From Candidatus Pelagibacterales bacterium (GTDB taxonomy: Bacteria > Pseudomonadota > Alphaproteobacteria > Pelagibacterales > Pelagibacteraceae), in NCBI GenBank assembly GCA_004213155.1, contig SHAN01000001.1, positions 1 to 49,849 on the forward strand: a stretch of DNA of 49,849 nucleotides, given 5' to 3'. The notes beneath the pieces are model-generated. The model saw only the letters and a program-made list of their open reading frames with translations. It searched no databases and was not told the origin of the DNA. The position numbers were made by a program, and so were the translations under genes. Below, in pieces: positions 28,783 to 39,648 of this stretch; position 1 is the first letter of the stretch, and every line of letters begins with the position of its first letter.

Positions 28783-30145
28783 ATTTTGATAAATCAGTAT
28801 CTTTAACTAATTCACCAATATTTTTTTCAACATAAGCTTTATCAATTATTATTTTTTCTCCACTACGATCTGTTGCAGTAAAACTTATTTCATCTAAAAT
28901 TTTTTCTATGATTGTATGTAATCTTCTTGCTCCTATATTTTCTATAGTAGCATTAACTTCTGTTGCAATATTGGCAATACTATCAATTCCATCTTCTGAA
29001 AATTCTAAATCTACATTTTCAGTTTTTAATAAAGCTATATATTGTTTTATTAAACTATTATCTGGCTCTTTAAGAATTTTTTTAAAGTCATCACTTGTTA
29101 GTGCGTCCAGTTCTACTCTAATAGGTAGTCTTCCTTGTAATTCAGGTAATAAATCTGATGGTTTAGCTAATTGAAAAGCTCCAGACGCTATAAATAATAT
29201 ATGGTCAGTTTTTAATGTTCCATATTTAGTACTTACTGTAGTTCCTTCAATTAATGGTAATAAATCTCTTTGTACACCCTCTCTAGAGACGTCTCCACCA
29301 ACACGATCGCCCCTAGCAGAAATTTTATCAATCTCATCCAAAAAAACTATCCCATTATTTTCAGTAGAATTTTTAGCTGATTTAATTATTTTGTCTTGTT
29401 CAATTAATTTATCAGATTCTTCATTAATTAAAATTTCATGTGATTCTTTAACAGATATTTTCTTTTTTTTTGGTTTGGAGCCCATAGACTTACCTAACAT
29501 TTCACCAATGTTTATCATTCCAACATTTGCTCCCGGCATACCTGGTATCTCGAACGATGGCATTGAAGAGTTTTCACTTATTGCTATTTCAATTTCATTA
29601 TCGTCTAAGTCACCATCCCTTAATCTTTTTCTAAAACTTTCTTTAGTTGCTATACTTGCTTTTTCTCCAACTAAAGCATTTAATACTCTTTCTTCAGCAG
29701 CTTTTTGTGCTTTAATAAATACTTCTTTTCTTTTTTTCACTTTTTCCATAGCTATTGCTATCTCAAGGAGATCTCTAACTATTTGTTCAACATCCCTCCC
29801 AACATAACCGACTTCTGTAAATCTTGTTGCTTCTACTTTTACAAATGGTGCTTCTGCTAATTTTGAAAGTCTTCTTGAAATTTCAGTTTTTCCTACACCA
29901 GTTGGTCCAATCATTAAAATATTTTTTGGCAAAACTTCATCTTTTAATTGACCTTCAATAGCTTGTCGTCTCCATCTATTTCTTAAAGCAATTGCAACAG
30001 CTCTTTTTGCTTTTTTTTGACCAATAACATATCTGTCTAATTCAGAAACTATTTCTCTAGGTGATAATGCACTGACATAAGATTTTTTATCTTTTTCTAC
30101 TTTTTTTATTTTAGGTTTGAATTCTTTTATATTTGATTTTTCCAT
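28772..30145 (-). CDS. hslU: ATP-dependent protease ATPase subunit HslU
   Basis: It has the Walker A motif [10 protein letters not shown] and is 457 aa. Confidence 0.97.
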   Translation of the reverse strand: MEKSNIKEFKPKIKKVEKDKKSYVSALSPREIVSELDRYVIGQKKAKRAVAIALRNRWRRQAIEGQLKDEVLPKNILMIGPTGVGKTEISRRLSKLAEAPFVKVEATRFTEVGYVGRDVEQIVRDLLEIAIAMEKVKKRKEVFIKAQKAAEERVLNALVGEKASIATKESFRKRLRDGDLDDNEIEIAISENSSMPSFEIPGMPGANVGMINIGEMLGKSMGSKPKKKKISVKESHEILINEESDKLIEQDKIIKSAKNSTENNGIVFLDEIDKISARGDRVGGDVSREGVQRDLLPLIEGTTVSTKYGTLKTDHILFIASGAFQLAKPSDLLPELQGRLPIRVELDALTSDDFKKILKEPDNSLIKQYIALLKTENVDLEFSEDGIDSIANIATEVNATIENIGARRLHTIIEKILDEISFTATDRSGEKIIIDKAYVEKNIGELVKDTDLSKFIL

Positions 30146-30660
30146 TATATTTTTTCAATTTTTATATTATCATTTGTAAAAACACATATTTCTGATGCAA
30201 TTTTAATTGATTTTTTTGCAATATCTTCAGCTGATAAATCAGTATCTAATAATACTTTAGCTGCTGCTAAAGCATAATTTCCACCTGATCCAATTCCTAT
30301 AGCATCTCCTTCTGGCTCTAAAACATCGCCAGTTCCTGAAATTATAAAGCTATTTTCTTTATCTCCAATTGCCATTAAAGCTTCCAGTCTCCTTAAATAT
30401 TTATCAGTTCTCCAATCTTTAGCTAATTCTACGGCAGCTCTTGACAAGTTTCCTGCATGTTTTTCTAGCTTTGATTCAAGTCTTTCAAATAAAGTCAAAG
30501 CATCTGCGGTCGACCCTGCAAAACCTGCTATTACATTTCTTTTTTCTATTTTTCTAACTTTAGCAGCAGTACTTTTAATCACGGTATTACCCATACTTAC
30601 TTGGCCATCTCCAGCAACCACTACTTCATTATTTTTTCTTATAAGCACTATTGTAGTCAT
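30145..30660 (-). CDS. hslV: ATP-dependent protease subunit HslV
   Basis: It has the N-terminus MTTIV with the catalytic Thr, and GSGG. Confidence 0.97.
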   Translation of the reverse strand: MTTIVLIRKNNEVVVAGDGQVSMGNTVIKSTAAKVRKIEKRNVIAGFAGSTADALTLFERLESKLEKHAGNLSRAAVELAKDWRTDKYLRRLEALMAIGDKENSFIISGTGDVLEPEGDAIGIGSGGNYALAAAKVLLDTDLSAEDIAKKSIKIASEICVFTNDNIKIEKI

Positions 30661-30746
30661 ACTTTATAGATGGATATTAATTTTTATTCTTCAAGTGTCT
30701 TATTATTGATATAATTAAATAATATATATATACCTATAATTAATTT

Positions 30747-31337
30747 ATGGCTCGGAAAGCAAAAATATCTAGAAAAACCAAAGAGACCAGTATTAATGTA
30801 GATCTTAATATTGATGGCAAAGGTAAATACAAGATTGATACTGGAATAGGTTTTCTTAATCACATGCTTGAACAATTATCTAAGCATTCATCAATAGATA
30901 TGAACATAAAGGCAAAAGGAGATACTCATATAGATCTACATCATACAACTGAAGATACAGGGATCGCAATAGGTGAGGCTTTAAAAAAAGCTTCAAAAAA
31001 ATTTGTTGGAATTAAAAGATATGCTCATGCAATGATCCCAATGGACGAAACATTAACACGTGTTGCAATTGATGTATCAAACAGGCCTTATTTAATATGG
31101 AAAGTTAAACTTAAGGTAGAAAAACTTGGTGAAATGGATACAGAATTATTTAAAGAATGGTTCCAGGCATTTTCACAAGCAGCAGGCATCACACTTCATG
31201 TTGAAAATGTTTATGGCGACAATAGTCATCACATTATAGAGTCTTGTTTTAAAGGATTGGCAAGATCTTTAAGAAGTGCATTAGAAATGGATCCTAGAAA
31301 TAAAAAATCAATTCCTTCAACTAAAGGTTCTTTATAA
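30747..31337 (+). CDS. hisB: imidazoleglycerol-phosphate dehydratase
   Basis: It has [16 protein letters not shown] and SHHIIES motifs. Confidence 0.95.
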   Translation: MARKAKISRKTKETSINVDLNIDGKGKYKIDTGIGFLNHMLEQLSKHSSIDMNIKAKGDTHIDLHHTTEDTGIAIGEALKKASKKFVGIKRYAHAMIPMDETLTRVAIDVSNRPYLIWKVKLKVEKLGEMDTELFKEWFQAFSQAAGITLHVENVYGDNSHHIIESCFKGLARSLRSALEMDPRNKKSIPSTKGSL

Positions 31338-31342
31338 ATTTA

Positions 31343-31969
31343 ATGAATGTCACAATTGTTGACTATAATTCAGGTAATATAAGTTCTGTAATTAATTCTT
31401 TTAATGAAGTTGCTAAAGGTAAAATAAATATTGAAGTAACATCAGATTTAAAAAAAATTAAGTCAAGTGATAAGGTGGTCTTACCAGGTCAGGGTTCTTT
31501 CAAAAGTTGCGTAGATGCTCTGAACAATATTGGTGGTTTAGTTGATACTCTTAATGAGGTTGCATTAAATAATAAAAAACCATTTTTTGGAATTTGCGTA
31601 GGTTTACAAATGTTTGCAGATATTGGTTATGAGGAAACCCAAACAAAAGGATTAGGTTGGATTTCTGGGAAAGTATCGAAAATCGATAACAAAAATGGAA
31701 AATATAGACTTCCACATATTGGTTGGAACCAAATTAATATTGTGAAAGAAAGTAAAATTTTTAAAGGTATAGATAATAAATCTCACATGTATTTTGTTCA
31801 TAGTTATGAATTTATTCCAGACGAAAAAAATGTAATTTCTGCAACGATAGATTATTCATCAAATATTGTTTGCTCAATTGAAAAAGAAAATATTTTTGGA
31901 ACTCAGTTCCATCCTGAAAAAAGTGATAAAATTGGACTTAAAATAATTAATAATTTTATAAACTTATAA
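31343..31969 (+). CDS. hisH: imidazole glycerol phosphate synthase subunit HisH
   Basis: It has GICVGLQM and FHPEKS motifs. Confidence 0.95.
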   Translation: MNVTIVDYNSGNISSVINSFNEVAKGKINIEVTSDLKKIKSSDKVVLPGQGSFKSCVDALNNIGGLVDTLNEVALNNKKPFFGICVGLQMFADIGYEETQTKGLGWISGKVSKIDNKNGKYRLPHIGWNQINIVKESKIFKGIDNKSHMYFVHSYEFIPDEKNVISATIDYSSNIVCSIEKENIFGTQFHPEKSDKIGLKIINNFINL

Positions 31970-31970
31970 A

Positions 31971-32690
31971 ATGAAAATATTTCCAGCAATAGATATTAAA
32001 AATAAGAAGTGTGTAAGGTTAGTTAAAGGAGACTTTAATAACAAAACCGAATACGAAATGTCCCCAATAGATCAGGCTGGTAAGTATAAAGATAATGGTT
32101 TCAAGAATTTACATATAGTTGATTTAGATGGAGCTTTAACAGGGGAGACAGTTAATTTGGATATTATTAGAGAAATTGTTAGTAACTTTGATTTTAAAAT
32201 TGAGATAGGTGGTGGAGTTAGAAACTTTGAAAGTATCAAAACATATATCGATATAGGTGTTGAAAAAGTTATTTTAGGAAGTGCTGCGATAAAAAATAAA
32301 AATTTTTTAAAAGAAGCATGTAAAAAATTTCCAAATAAAATTGCCTTAGGTTTAGATTCCAAAAATGGATATTTATCTGTATCTGGCTGGAAAGAAAACT
32401 CTAATCAATTAACTGTAGATTTTCTTAAAGAAGTAAATGATTATGGTTCGAGCAGATTAATTTATACTGATATAAATAAAGATGGCACCAAGCAAAGCCC
32501 AAATTTTGAAGAAACAACAAAAATAGCTGAAATATCAAATTGTCCTGTAATTATATCAGGAGGAGTTTCTTCAATTGATGATATTAAAAAAGCAAAGAGT
32601 TTAAAAAATATTGAAGGTATAATAGTTGGCAAGGCTATTTATGATGGTGATATTAATTTAGAAGAACTTGCGAAAGAAATAAATGCTTAA
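31971..32690 (+). CDS. hisA: 1-(5-phosphoribosyl)-5-[(5-phosphoribosylamino)methylideneamino]imidazole-4-carboxamide isomerase
   Basis: It has IFPAIDIK and GGGVR motifs. It sits between hisH and hisF. Confidence 0.93.
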   Translation: MKIFPAIDIKNKKCVRLVKGDFNNKTEYEMSPIDQAGKYKDNGFKNLHIVDLDGALTGETVNLDIIREIVSNFDFKIEIGGGVRNFESIKTYIDIGVEKVILGSAAIKNKNFLKEACKKFPNKIALGLDSKNGYLSVSGWKENSNQLTVDFLKEVNDYGSSRLIYTDINKDGTKQSPNFEETTKIAEISNCPVIISGGVSSIDDIKKAKSLKNIEGIIVGKAIYDGDINLEELAKEINA

Positions 32691-33438
32691 AAATAGAATT
32701 ATTCCTTGTTTAGATGTTAAGAATGGCCGCGTAGTAAAAGGTATTAATTTTATAGATTTAAAGGATGCAGGAGATCCAGTAGAACAAGCTCAAATTTACA
32801 GTGATGGCGGTGCAGATGAAATATGTTTTTTAGATATAACAGCTTCAAATGAAAATAGAGAAACGATTTATGATGTTGTAGAGAGAACTTCAAAAAAATG
32901 CTTTGTACCCTTAACTGTAGGTGGTGGTGTTAGAAATATAGAAGATATTAATAGATTACTTAATTGTGGAGCGGATAAAGTTTCAATTAATACAGCAGCT
33001 GTACAGAATTCAAAAGTAGTTTTAGAAAGTTCTAAAAAATTTGGATCACAATGTATTGTTGTTGCAATTGATGCAAAACTAAATGGAGATAAATGGGAAG
33101 TATTTACTCACGGGGGCAGAAATAGTACTGGTATTGATGCTTTAAATTTTGCAAAAAAAATGGAAGATAGTGGAGCAGGAGAGCTATTAGTAACATCCAT
33201 GGATAGAGATGGTACACAAGTTGGTTATGATATTAATCTGATGTCAAAAATATCATCTAAAGTAAATATTCCTTTAATTGCATCTGGTGGAGTTGGAAAT
33301 TTAGATCATTTGGTTGATGGAATTAAATTAGGAAATGCTAGTGCAGTTTTAGCAGCGTCTATATTTCATTATGGAAAATATTCAGTAAAAGAGGCCAAAC
33401 AATATTTGGACTCAAAAGGAATTCCTGTTAGGATTTAA
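32683..33438 (+). CDS. hisF: imidazole glycerol phosphate synthase subunit HisF
   Basis: It has [13 protein letters not shown] and ASGG motifs. Confidence 0.95.
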   Translation: MLKNRIIPCLDVKNGRVVKGINFIDLKDAGDPVEQAQIYSDGGADEICFLDITASNENRETIYDVVERTSKKCFVPLTVGGGVRNIEDINRLLNCGADKVSINTAAVQNSKVVLESSKKFGSQCIVVAIDAKLNGDKWEVFTHGGRNSTGIDALNFAKKMEDSGAGELLVTSMDRDGTQVGYDINLMSKISSKVNIPLIASGGVGNLDHLVDGIKLGNASAVLAASIFHYGKYSVKEAKQYLDSKGIPVRI

Positions 33439-33504
33439 CTTTAAATTATAGCGATGGTTAAAATAAAGAAAAATTTGAGGTACTAATATTAAAAGATAAA
33501 TAAT

Positions 33505-33774
33505 ATGAATATTTTTGATGATTTAATTAAATTAGCAAGGGAAAGAAAAGATAAACCCATAGAAGGTTCTTATACAAATAAATTGCTAAACGATAAGTCC
33601 CTTAGTAAAGCAAAAGTTTTAGAAGAAATAAAAGAATTAATAGAAGCTGTAGAAAAGGATACTAACAAAATCCATGAAGCAGCTGATGTATTTTATCACC
33701 TAATTATGTATCTTGAGGGAAATAATATTAGAATTGAAGAAGTAATGTTAGAATTGGATAAAAGAAAAAAATGA
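33505..33774 (+). CDS. hisE: phosphoribosyl-ATP pyrophosphohydrolase
   Basis: It is 89 aa. It has SYTNKLL ... EAADVFYHL motifs and follows hisF. Confidence 0.85.
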   Translation: MNIFDDLIKLARERKDKPIEGSYTNKLLNDKSLSKAKVLEEIKELIEAVEKDTNKIHEAADVFYHLIMYLEGNNIRIEEVMLELDKRKK

Positions 33775-34136
33775 AATACGACGAAAATAATATTTTTGCG
33801 AAAATTTTAAGAGGAGAAATTCCTTGTAAAAAAATTTATGAGAATGATTATATTTTATCATTTTATGATATTAATCCTCAAAAAAAAATTCATGCTTTAG
33901 TTATACCCAAAGGAAAATATATTAATCTTGACGATTTTATTACAAATGCTTCATCAAATGAGATGACTGGTTTATTAAAAGGAATTAATACAGTTGCCAA
34001 GATGCTTAAAATTTCAGTTGATACTGGAAAGGGATATAGAGCATTGGCTAATATAGGAGAAGATGGAGGACAAGAAGTTCCCCATCTTCATTTTCATTTA
34101 TTTGGTGGAGAAACTGTTGGAAAAATGGTCAGTTAA
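33771..34136 (+). CDS. HIT family hydrolase
   Basis: It has the histidine triad HLHFHLFGG. Confidence 0.9.
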   Translation: MKYDENNIFAKILRGEIPCKKIYENDYILSFYDINPQKKIHALVIPKGKYINLDDFITNASSNEMTGLLKGINTVAKMLKISVDTGKGYRALANIGEDGGQEVPHLHFHLFGGETVGKMVS

Positions 34137-34633
34137 TGGAAAAAATTATAAGAAACTTTTTAGAAATAAAATCTCCCAATGAATTATCTGAGATAGTTAA
34201 ACCAATAGATAATGCTAATATACAAATGGTAATTCCAAAAGATTTTCAGTTAAATAAATTTTTATATAAGCAAATTGGTAAAAAATATCATTGGACGGAT
34301 AGACTTTATTGGTCTGATCAACAGTGGATAAAATATGTTTCTCAAAAAGATTTATATACTTATATTTTAAAGGTAAATGATGATATTGCTGGTTTCTTTG
34401 AACTTATTTATCATAAAGAAAAATTAGAATCAGAAATTGTCTATTTAGGATTATTAGAAAGTTTTTTTGGAAAAAAGTTGGGTGGATATTTGTTATCTGA
34501 AGCTATAAAAATATCATGGACTTTTAATTCAAATAGACTTTGGGTTCATACTTGTTCTCTTGATCATGAAAATGCTTTAAAAAATTATTTAGCAAGAGGT
34601 ATGAAAATTTATAATAGTGAGATAATTAATTAA
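34136..34633 (+). CDS. GNAT family N-acetyltransferase
   Basis: It has an acetyl-CoA loop-like segment (FFGKKLGGYLL) and is 165 aa. Confidence 0.6.
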   Translation: MEKIIRNFLEIKSPNELSEIVKPIDNANIQMVIPKDFQLNKFLYKQIGKKYHWTDRLYWSDQQWIKYVSQKDLYTYILKVNDDIAGFFELIYHKEKLESEIVYLGLLESFFGKKLGGYLLSEAIKISWTFNSNRLWVHTCSLDHENALKNYLARGMKIYNSEIIN

Positions 34634-35186
34634 GTTTAGGAAGTTTAAATAAATTATCATCAATTTTCTGATTTATTTTAATTTTAGATATAAAAGTGAT
34701 AACTAAATTTTGATATATATCTTCAGTTTGCCAGCCAATTATATGAAAATCTTTATTATCAAAAAAAATGTTTAATTTTTGATTTTCATTTAACATTGTA
34801 AAATAAATATATTTATCTTCTATGAATTTTGGTTCTAATTTTTTTATTTCACTAATTATATAATTTTTATCTAAAATATAATTTAATGGAGTAGATTCTA
34901 ATGGATATATATATGAAATATCACTGTTTGTAATTTTGATTACTAAGGAATTTCCATTAGAAATCATTTTTTTACCTTTTATACCTTCATAACTACAGTT
35001 AATTAGTTTTGGATATTTAATAACGCATTTTCCTTTTTCTTTTTCTTCATCAATAGTTTGCTCAAAATCAAAAGTTATATTTTTAATTTTACTTAGGTTA
35101 CTTATTATATTTTTTTTTTGTGTTGCAAAAACTTCAGTACAAAAAAAAATATATAAAACTAATATAAACAGTAAATTTCTCTTCAT
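34626..35186 (-). CDS. lolA: outer-membrane lipoprotein carrier protein LolA
   Basis: It has a signal peptide and is 186 aa. It lies immediately downstream of ftsK, a conserved pairing. Confidence 0.7.
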   Translation of the reverse strand: MKRNLLFILVLYIFFCTEVFATQKKNIISNLSKIKNITFDFEQTIDEEKEKGKCVIKYPKLINCSYEGIKGKKMISNGNSLVIKITNSDISYIYPLESTPLNYILDKNYIISEIKKLEPKFIEDKYIYFTMLNENQKLNIFFDNKDFHIIGWQTEDIYQNLVITFISKIKINQKIDDNLFKLPKLN

Positions 35187-35191
35187 TATTA

Positions 35192-37291
35192 TTATAAAAC
35201 TTCTCTTTTACCAACATGATTTGCTTTACTTACAATTCCATCTTCCTCCATCATATCTATTATTCTTGCAGCTCTATTATAACCTATTTGTAATTTTCTT
35301 TGTAAGTATGATGTAGAAGCCTTACCATCTGTTTTTACAAGTTCTACAGCTGATTGATATAATTGATCTTTATTTTCGTTATCTGAATAATTTTCACCCG
35401 TTTCTTTTTCGTCTGCAAAATTTAAAATTTCATCAACATAATCTGGTTCTGCTTGAGATCTTAAAAAACTATTAATTTTTTCAATTTCATTTTCTGAAAC
35501 ATAGGGTGCATGAATTCTAACAATTCTATTAGCAGACGACATAAACAACATATCACCTTTTCCAAGTAGTTGTTCGGCACCTTGTTCTCCCAATATTGTT
35601 CTGCTATCAATTTTTGATGTAACTTGAAAAGAAATTCTTGTTGGAAAATTAGCTTTTATTGTTCCAGTAATTACATCTACACTCGGTCTTTGCGTTGCCA
35701 TTATTATATGAATTCCAGCAGCTCTTGCCATCTGTGAGAGTTTTTGAATATAATTTTCGATTTCTTTTCCAGCTACAAGCATTAAATCTGACATTTCATC
35801 AACTACAACAACAATATATGGCATAACTAATTTATGTTTACTATTATATCCGTCTATATTTCTGACACCCTCTTTGGTCATTAATTTATATCTACTCTCC
35901 ATTTCTTTAACTACCCAACCCAATACAGAGGCAGCTTTTTTTGCTTCAGTGATAACAGGACATATTAAATGTGGAATACCCTCATAAGTTGACAATTCTA
36001 ACATTTTTGGATCTATCATAATAAACTTACATTGCTCAGGAGATAATTTATAAATTATAGATAAGATAATTGTATTAATACAAACTGATTTACCTGATCC
36101 AGTAGTACCAGCAATTAATAAATGTGGCATAGATGTTAAATCACCAATAAGAGGTGTTCCTGAAATACTTTTTCCAAGTGCGATAGGTAATTTAATATCT
36201 TTTTTTGAAAATTTTTCATCAGAAATAATCTCACTTAAGAAGACATTTTCTCTTGATAGATTTGGTATTTCTATTCCAACAGTATTTTTTCCAGGGATAG
36301 TTGCAATTCTTGCTGATTCAGAACTTGTATTTCGTGCAATATCTTCAGAAAGATTAATTATTTTTGAAACTTTAATTCCTGGTGCTGGTTCAAATTCATT
36401 TAGGGTAACGACTGGCCCATTGCTTATTTTTTTTATTTTACCTTCAACACCAAAATCCAAAAGAATTTTTTCTAAAAATTCTGGATCTGAATTTTTATTA
36501 TTATTTTTCTCAGCAATATTTTTTTTAATATTAGGAAATTTTAAATATTCTAATGATGGAAAAATAAATTTTTTTTTAGATTTATTTACTTCTTTTTCTT
36601 GGAATGAAAAATTTGTTTGTTTATTTTCTTTCTCTTTTTCATATTTATCAACTTCTGGAGTCTGAGCAGAAAAATTAATCTCTTCTTGGTATTTTACTTC
36701 TTCTTTTTTTTTAAAAATTTTTATTATTATATTTATAAAAAAATTATATATTGTTGAGATTTTTAAATTTAGACTTAAGAAAAAAAATGTAGCTGTTATG
36801 ATGATTAAGAATATATATATAATATTTTCATGTATATTTGATGAAATATTATTAATTATATTGCTTGAAAAATTTCCAACAAAGCCACCATTTCCACTAA
36901 CTATTAACCAATAAGATTCATTGTAAAAAATATTTAAAAAAGCACATCCAAAAATAATATAAAAAATACAATATAAAAAAGTTTTTAAAATATTTATAAT
37001 TTTTTTATTTTTAATAATGTTTATTCCAAGTCCAAGGATAGTGAGACTAAATAAAAAGGAGATTAAACCAAGTGATTGAAAAAATATATCTGATGTAAAA
37101 CTTCCATAAAAACCAAATATATTTTTTATATTAGTATTTTCAGGAAATATAAAGTTAGGATCTTCGGGAGAGTAAGTTATCAGAGAAAGCAATAAAAATA
37201 ATGAAATACAAATAATAAGTATTCCTCCTATATCTATTATTCTATTAATAGAAAATTGTATTATTTTTTTTGAAAATTCTGAAAAATTCAT
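35192..37291 (-). CDS. ftsK: DNA translocase FtsK
   Basis: It has N-terminal TM segments, the Walker A motif GTTGSGKS, and a C-terminal gamma winged-helix domain (LQRKLQIGYNRAARI). Confidence 0.95.
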   Translation of the reverse strand: MNFSEFSKKIIQFSINRIIDIGGILIICISLFLLLSLITYSPEDPNFIFPENTNIKNIFGFYGSFTSDIFFQSLGLISFLFSLTILGLGINIIKNKKIINILKTFLYCIFYIIFGCAFLNIFYNESYWLIVSGNGGFVGNFSSNIINNISSNIHENIIYIFLIIITATFFFLSLNLKISTIYNFFINIIIKIFKKKEEVKYQEEINFSAQTPEVDKYEKEKENKQTNFSFQEKEVNKSKKKFIFPSLEYLKFPNIKKNIAEKNNNKNSDPEFLEKILLDFGVEGKIKKISNGPVVTLNEFEPAPGIKVSKIINLSEDIARNTSSESARIATIPGKNTVGIEIPNLSRENVFLSEIISDEKFSKKDIKLPIALGKSISGTPLIGDLTSMPHLLIAGTTGSGKSVCINTIILSIIYKLSPEQCKFIMIDPKMLELSTYEGIPHLICPVITEAKKAASVLGWVVKEMESRYKLMTKEGVRNIDGYNSKHKLVMPYIVVVVDEMSDLMLVAGKEIENYIQKLSQMARAAGIHIIMATQRPSVDVITGTIKANFPTRISFQVTSKIDSRTILGEQGAEQLLGKGDMLFMSSANRIVRIHAPYVSENEIEKINSFLRSQAEPDYVDEILNFADEKETGENYSDNENKDQLYQSAVELVKTDGKASTSYLQRKLQIGYNRAARIIDMMEEDGIVSKANHVGKREVL

Positions 37292-37357
37292 TATAACGAA
37301 TCTAATTTATAACTTTGTATCACTTAATTTTTCCTGATAAAATTAATTTTTATAAAA

Positions 37358-38476
37358 ATGAGAGAAAAAGTTTGTATTATTGGTGATGGATTAACTGCAT
37401 TAATGCTTTCCAAGGCATTACTCGATTTAAATATTGAGATTGATTTAATAATTAAGAATAATTTTAAAAAAAAATTGCTAGACGATAGAACAGTGGGCAT
37501 TTCAGATAATAATCTTTTATTTTTAAAAGATAATCAAATTTTAGACAAAAAAATGAAAAATTTTTGGAAAATAAAAAAAATTAAAATTTTTAATTCAAAA
37601 TTAGAATTAGATAAAAAATTATTGTTAAATTTTGAAAATAAAAAAAAAGATCCTTTATTTCATATGATTAAAAATAATGAAATATATCTAAATCTTAAAA
37701 AAAAACTTGAAAAAAATTCATTACTTAAAATATTAATAAAGAAAGATAATTATTTATTAAGTAAAAAATTTTTAAATAAAAATTATAAATTAATAATTAA
37801 TTGCAGTAGTAATAACATAATTGATAAAAAATTTTTTTTTAGAAAAATATATAAAGATTATAAATCAACGGCTTATACATTAATTGCAAAACATTCAAAA
37901 GTTTCTAATAATACAGCGTATCAATTTTTTACTAAATTTGGTCCAATGGCATTTTTGCCATTATCTGAAAATTCCACCTCAATTGTTTGGTCTGTAAATG
38001 ATAAAAACTATGTTAATAATGAAATTTTTAAAAGCAATATAAGAAAATTATTTCCATATAATTTTAAGAGAATATCTTTTTCATCAATTAATAAGTTTAA
38101 ATTAAATTTTTTAATTCCAAGAGAATATTATTTTAAAAATATTTTAACTTTTGGAGATGGATTACATAAAATTCATCCAATAGCAGGTCAGGGTTTTAAC
38201 ATGATAATTAGAGATATTAAAATTTTACAAACAATTATTAAGAATAAAATTAACTTAGGCTTAGAATTAGAAAATTCAATATTAGCAGAATTTAACAATA
38301 GGGTAAAATCATATAATTTTCTTTTTGCAAAAGGAGTTGATCTTACGGAAGAATTTTTTTCAAATAATAATGATATTTTTAATTTATATTCTAATAAGTT
38401 TTTTAGCGAAATTGACAATAATAATTCTATAAAATCTTTATTTATAAAATTTGCAAATAAAGGTTTAAATATTTAA
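37358..38476 (+). CDS. FAD-dependent monooxygenase, UbiH/UbiF/VisC/COQ6 family
   Basis: It has an N-terminal GxGxxA Rossmann motif (IIGDGLTA) and GDGLHKIHPIAGQGFNM. Confidence 0.75.
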   Translation: MREKVCIIGDGLTALMLSKALLDLNIEIDLIIKNNFKKKLLDDRTVGISDNNLLFLKDNQILDKKMKNFWKIKKIKIFNSKLELDKKLLLNFENKKKDPLFHMIKNNEIYLNLKKKLEKNSLLKILIKKDNYLLSKKFLNKNYKLIINCSSNNIIDKKFFFRKIYKDYKSTAYTLIAKHSKVSNNTAYQFFTKFGPMAFLPLSENSTSIVWSVNDKNYVNNEIFKSNIRKLFPYNFKRISFSSINKFKLNFLIPREYYFKNILTFGDGLHKIHPIAGQGFNMIIRDIKILQTIIKNKINLGLELENSILAEFNNRVKSYNFLFAKGVDLTEEFFSNNNDIFNLYSNKFFSEIDNNNSIKSLFIKFANKGLNI

Positions 38477-39147
38477 TTTATTGAGTAGTTAGTTTCTACA
38501 TTACTAACAGAATATATATTTAAAATTTCTTTTAGTTTATTTTTTCTGTCATTTATTTCATTTGATTCTAAAAGTATTTGTTTTTCCTCGAGAGAAAAAG
38601 GGGCAATCATACATAAAGAGTTTATTGCTTGATCTAAATTTTGTTTCTTTAATTCATTCCAATCCAATTCATATCCTTTTTTTTGAAAAAAATCTTTTAA
38701 ATCATTAAAAATTAAGTTGAGATCTGAAACTCTTGATTCATTTTTTCCTTCTATAACATCATGTTCAAATTTACTAAAATCAACTTTGCATTGTCGATAT
38801 AATTTATCATTTGTTATTTCTTCAGTTATTTCAAATCTACTTATGCCATTTAATACCAATAAAATTCTATTATCTTCTGTCTCATCAAAACTTATAATTT
38901 TACCGACACACCCAATTGAATAAAGTTCAGGTTTTTTTTCGTTCTTAACATTTTTTTTATTTTTAGGTTGTATTATTCCAATCAATTTATCTTTTTTTAG
39001 ACTATCATTAATCATTTCAAGATATCTTGGTTCAAAAATATTTAATGGAACAGAAGTTTTAGGAAAAAATATAAAATTGGATAATGGAAAAATGGGTAGA
39101 ATATTTGGTAAATTTTTTTGTTGTTTCATTTTTTTTATTATAAACAA
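38473..39147 (-). CDS. LON N-terminal (substrate-binding) domain protein
   Basis: It has LPIFPLSNFIFFPKTSVPLNIFEPRYLEMI, the LON_substr_bdg signature. Confidence 0.75.
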   Translation of the reverse strand: MFIIKKMKQQKNLPNILPIFPLSNFIFFPKTSVPLNIFEPRYLEMINDSLKKDKLIGIIQPKNKKNVKNEKKPELYSIGCVGKIISFDETEDNRILLVLNGISRFEITEEITNDKLYRQCKVDFSKFEHDVIEGKNESRVSDLNLIFNDLKDFFQKKGYELDWNELKKQNLDQAINSLCMIAPFSLEEKQILLESNEINDRKNKLKEILNIYSVSNVETNYSIN

Positions 39148-39182
39148 GATTTTATGTTTAATTTAGTTGTATTTTGTCATAC

Positions 39183-39211
39183 TTGCGTTTAAAAAAACCT
39201 TATTTTATAAT
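39183..39211 (+). promoter_or_regulatory. sigma70-like promoter for tRNA-Gly (TTGCGT-N17-TATAAT)
   Basis: The -35 element TTGCGT is at 39183-39188 and the -10 element TATAAT is at 39206-39211, with a 17-nt spacer. The -10 ends 12 nt upstream of the mature tRNA 5-prime end. Confidence 0.5.
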
Positions 39212-39223
39212 AGTTTTTAATAA

Positions 39224-39298
39224 GCGGGTCTAGCTCATTGGTAGAGCGAATCGTTGCCAACGATTAGGTAGAGGGTTCGATTCCCTTGACCCGCTCCA
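39224..39298 (+). tRNA. tRNA-Gly (anticodon GCC), CCA encoded
   Basis: I folded the cloverleaf by hand. The acceptor stem is GCGGGTC/GACCCGC, the D stem GCTC/GAGC, and the anticodon stem AATCG/CGATT. The anticodon loop is TTGCCAA, the T stem GAGGG/CCCTT, the T loop TTCGATT, and the 3-prime end T-CCA. Confidence 0.93.
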
Positions 39299-39303
39299 AA
39301 TTT

Positions 39304-39648
39304 ATGGATGATTTAACAAAAAAAAAATGTGTTCCGTGTGAGGGAGGTTTACCACCGTTAGACTATGATGAAATTCACAAATATTTGAAAAAGGTAAATG
39401 GATGGGATGTTAAAAAAGATGAAAAAAAAATATTTTTTATAGAAAAAAAATTCAATTTTAAAAATTTTTTAGAAAGTCAAAGCTTTGTAAATTTAGTTGG
39501 AGAAATATCTGAAAATGAGGGACATCATCCAGATATAGCGTTTGGGTGGGGTTATGCAAATATAAAAATTACTACACATGCGGTTGAAGGTTTATCAGAA
39601 AATGATTTTATTTTAGCATCTAAAATAGATAAAATACTTAATGTTTAA
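39304..39648 (+). CDS. phhB: 4a-hydroxytetrahydrobiopterin (pterin-4-alpha-carbinolamine) dehydratase
   Basis: It has CVPCEGG ... GW ... EGHHPDI motifs. I chose the ATG at 39304 because the track start at 39286 lies inside the tRNA. Confidence 0.8.
   Translation: MDDLTKKKCVPCEGGLPPLDYDEIHKYLKKVNGWDVKKDEKKIFFIEKKFNFKNFLESQSFVNLVGEISENEGHHPDIAFGWGYANIKITTHAVEGLSENDFILASKIDKILNV

Noticed and set aside
30684-30875. A 63-aa minus-strand ORF spanning the hslV/hisB spacer.
   Set aside because: It overlaps the 5-prime end of the well-supported hisB gene and the divergent promoter region. It has no recognisable motif.
39286-39303. The ORF-track start (TTG at 39286) for phhB.
   Set aside because: It lies inside the T-arm/acceptor stem of tRNA-Gly. 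The ATG at 39304 gives a normal-length dehydratase.
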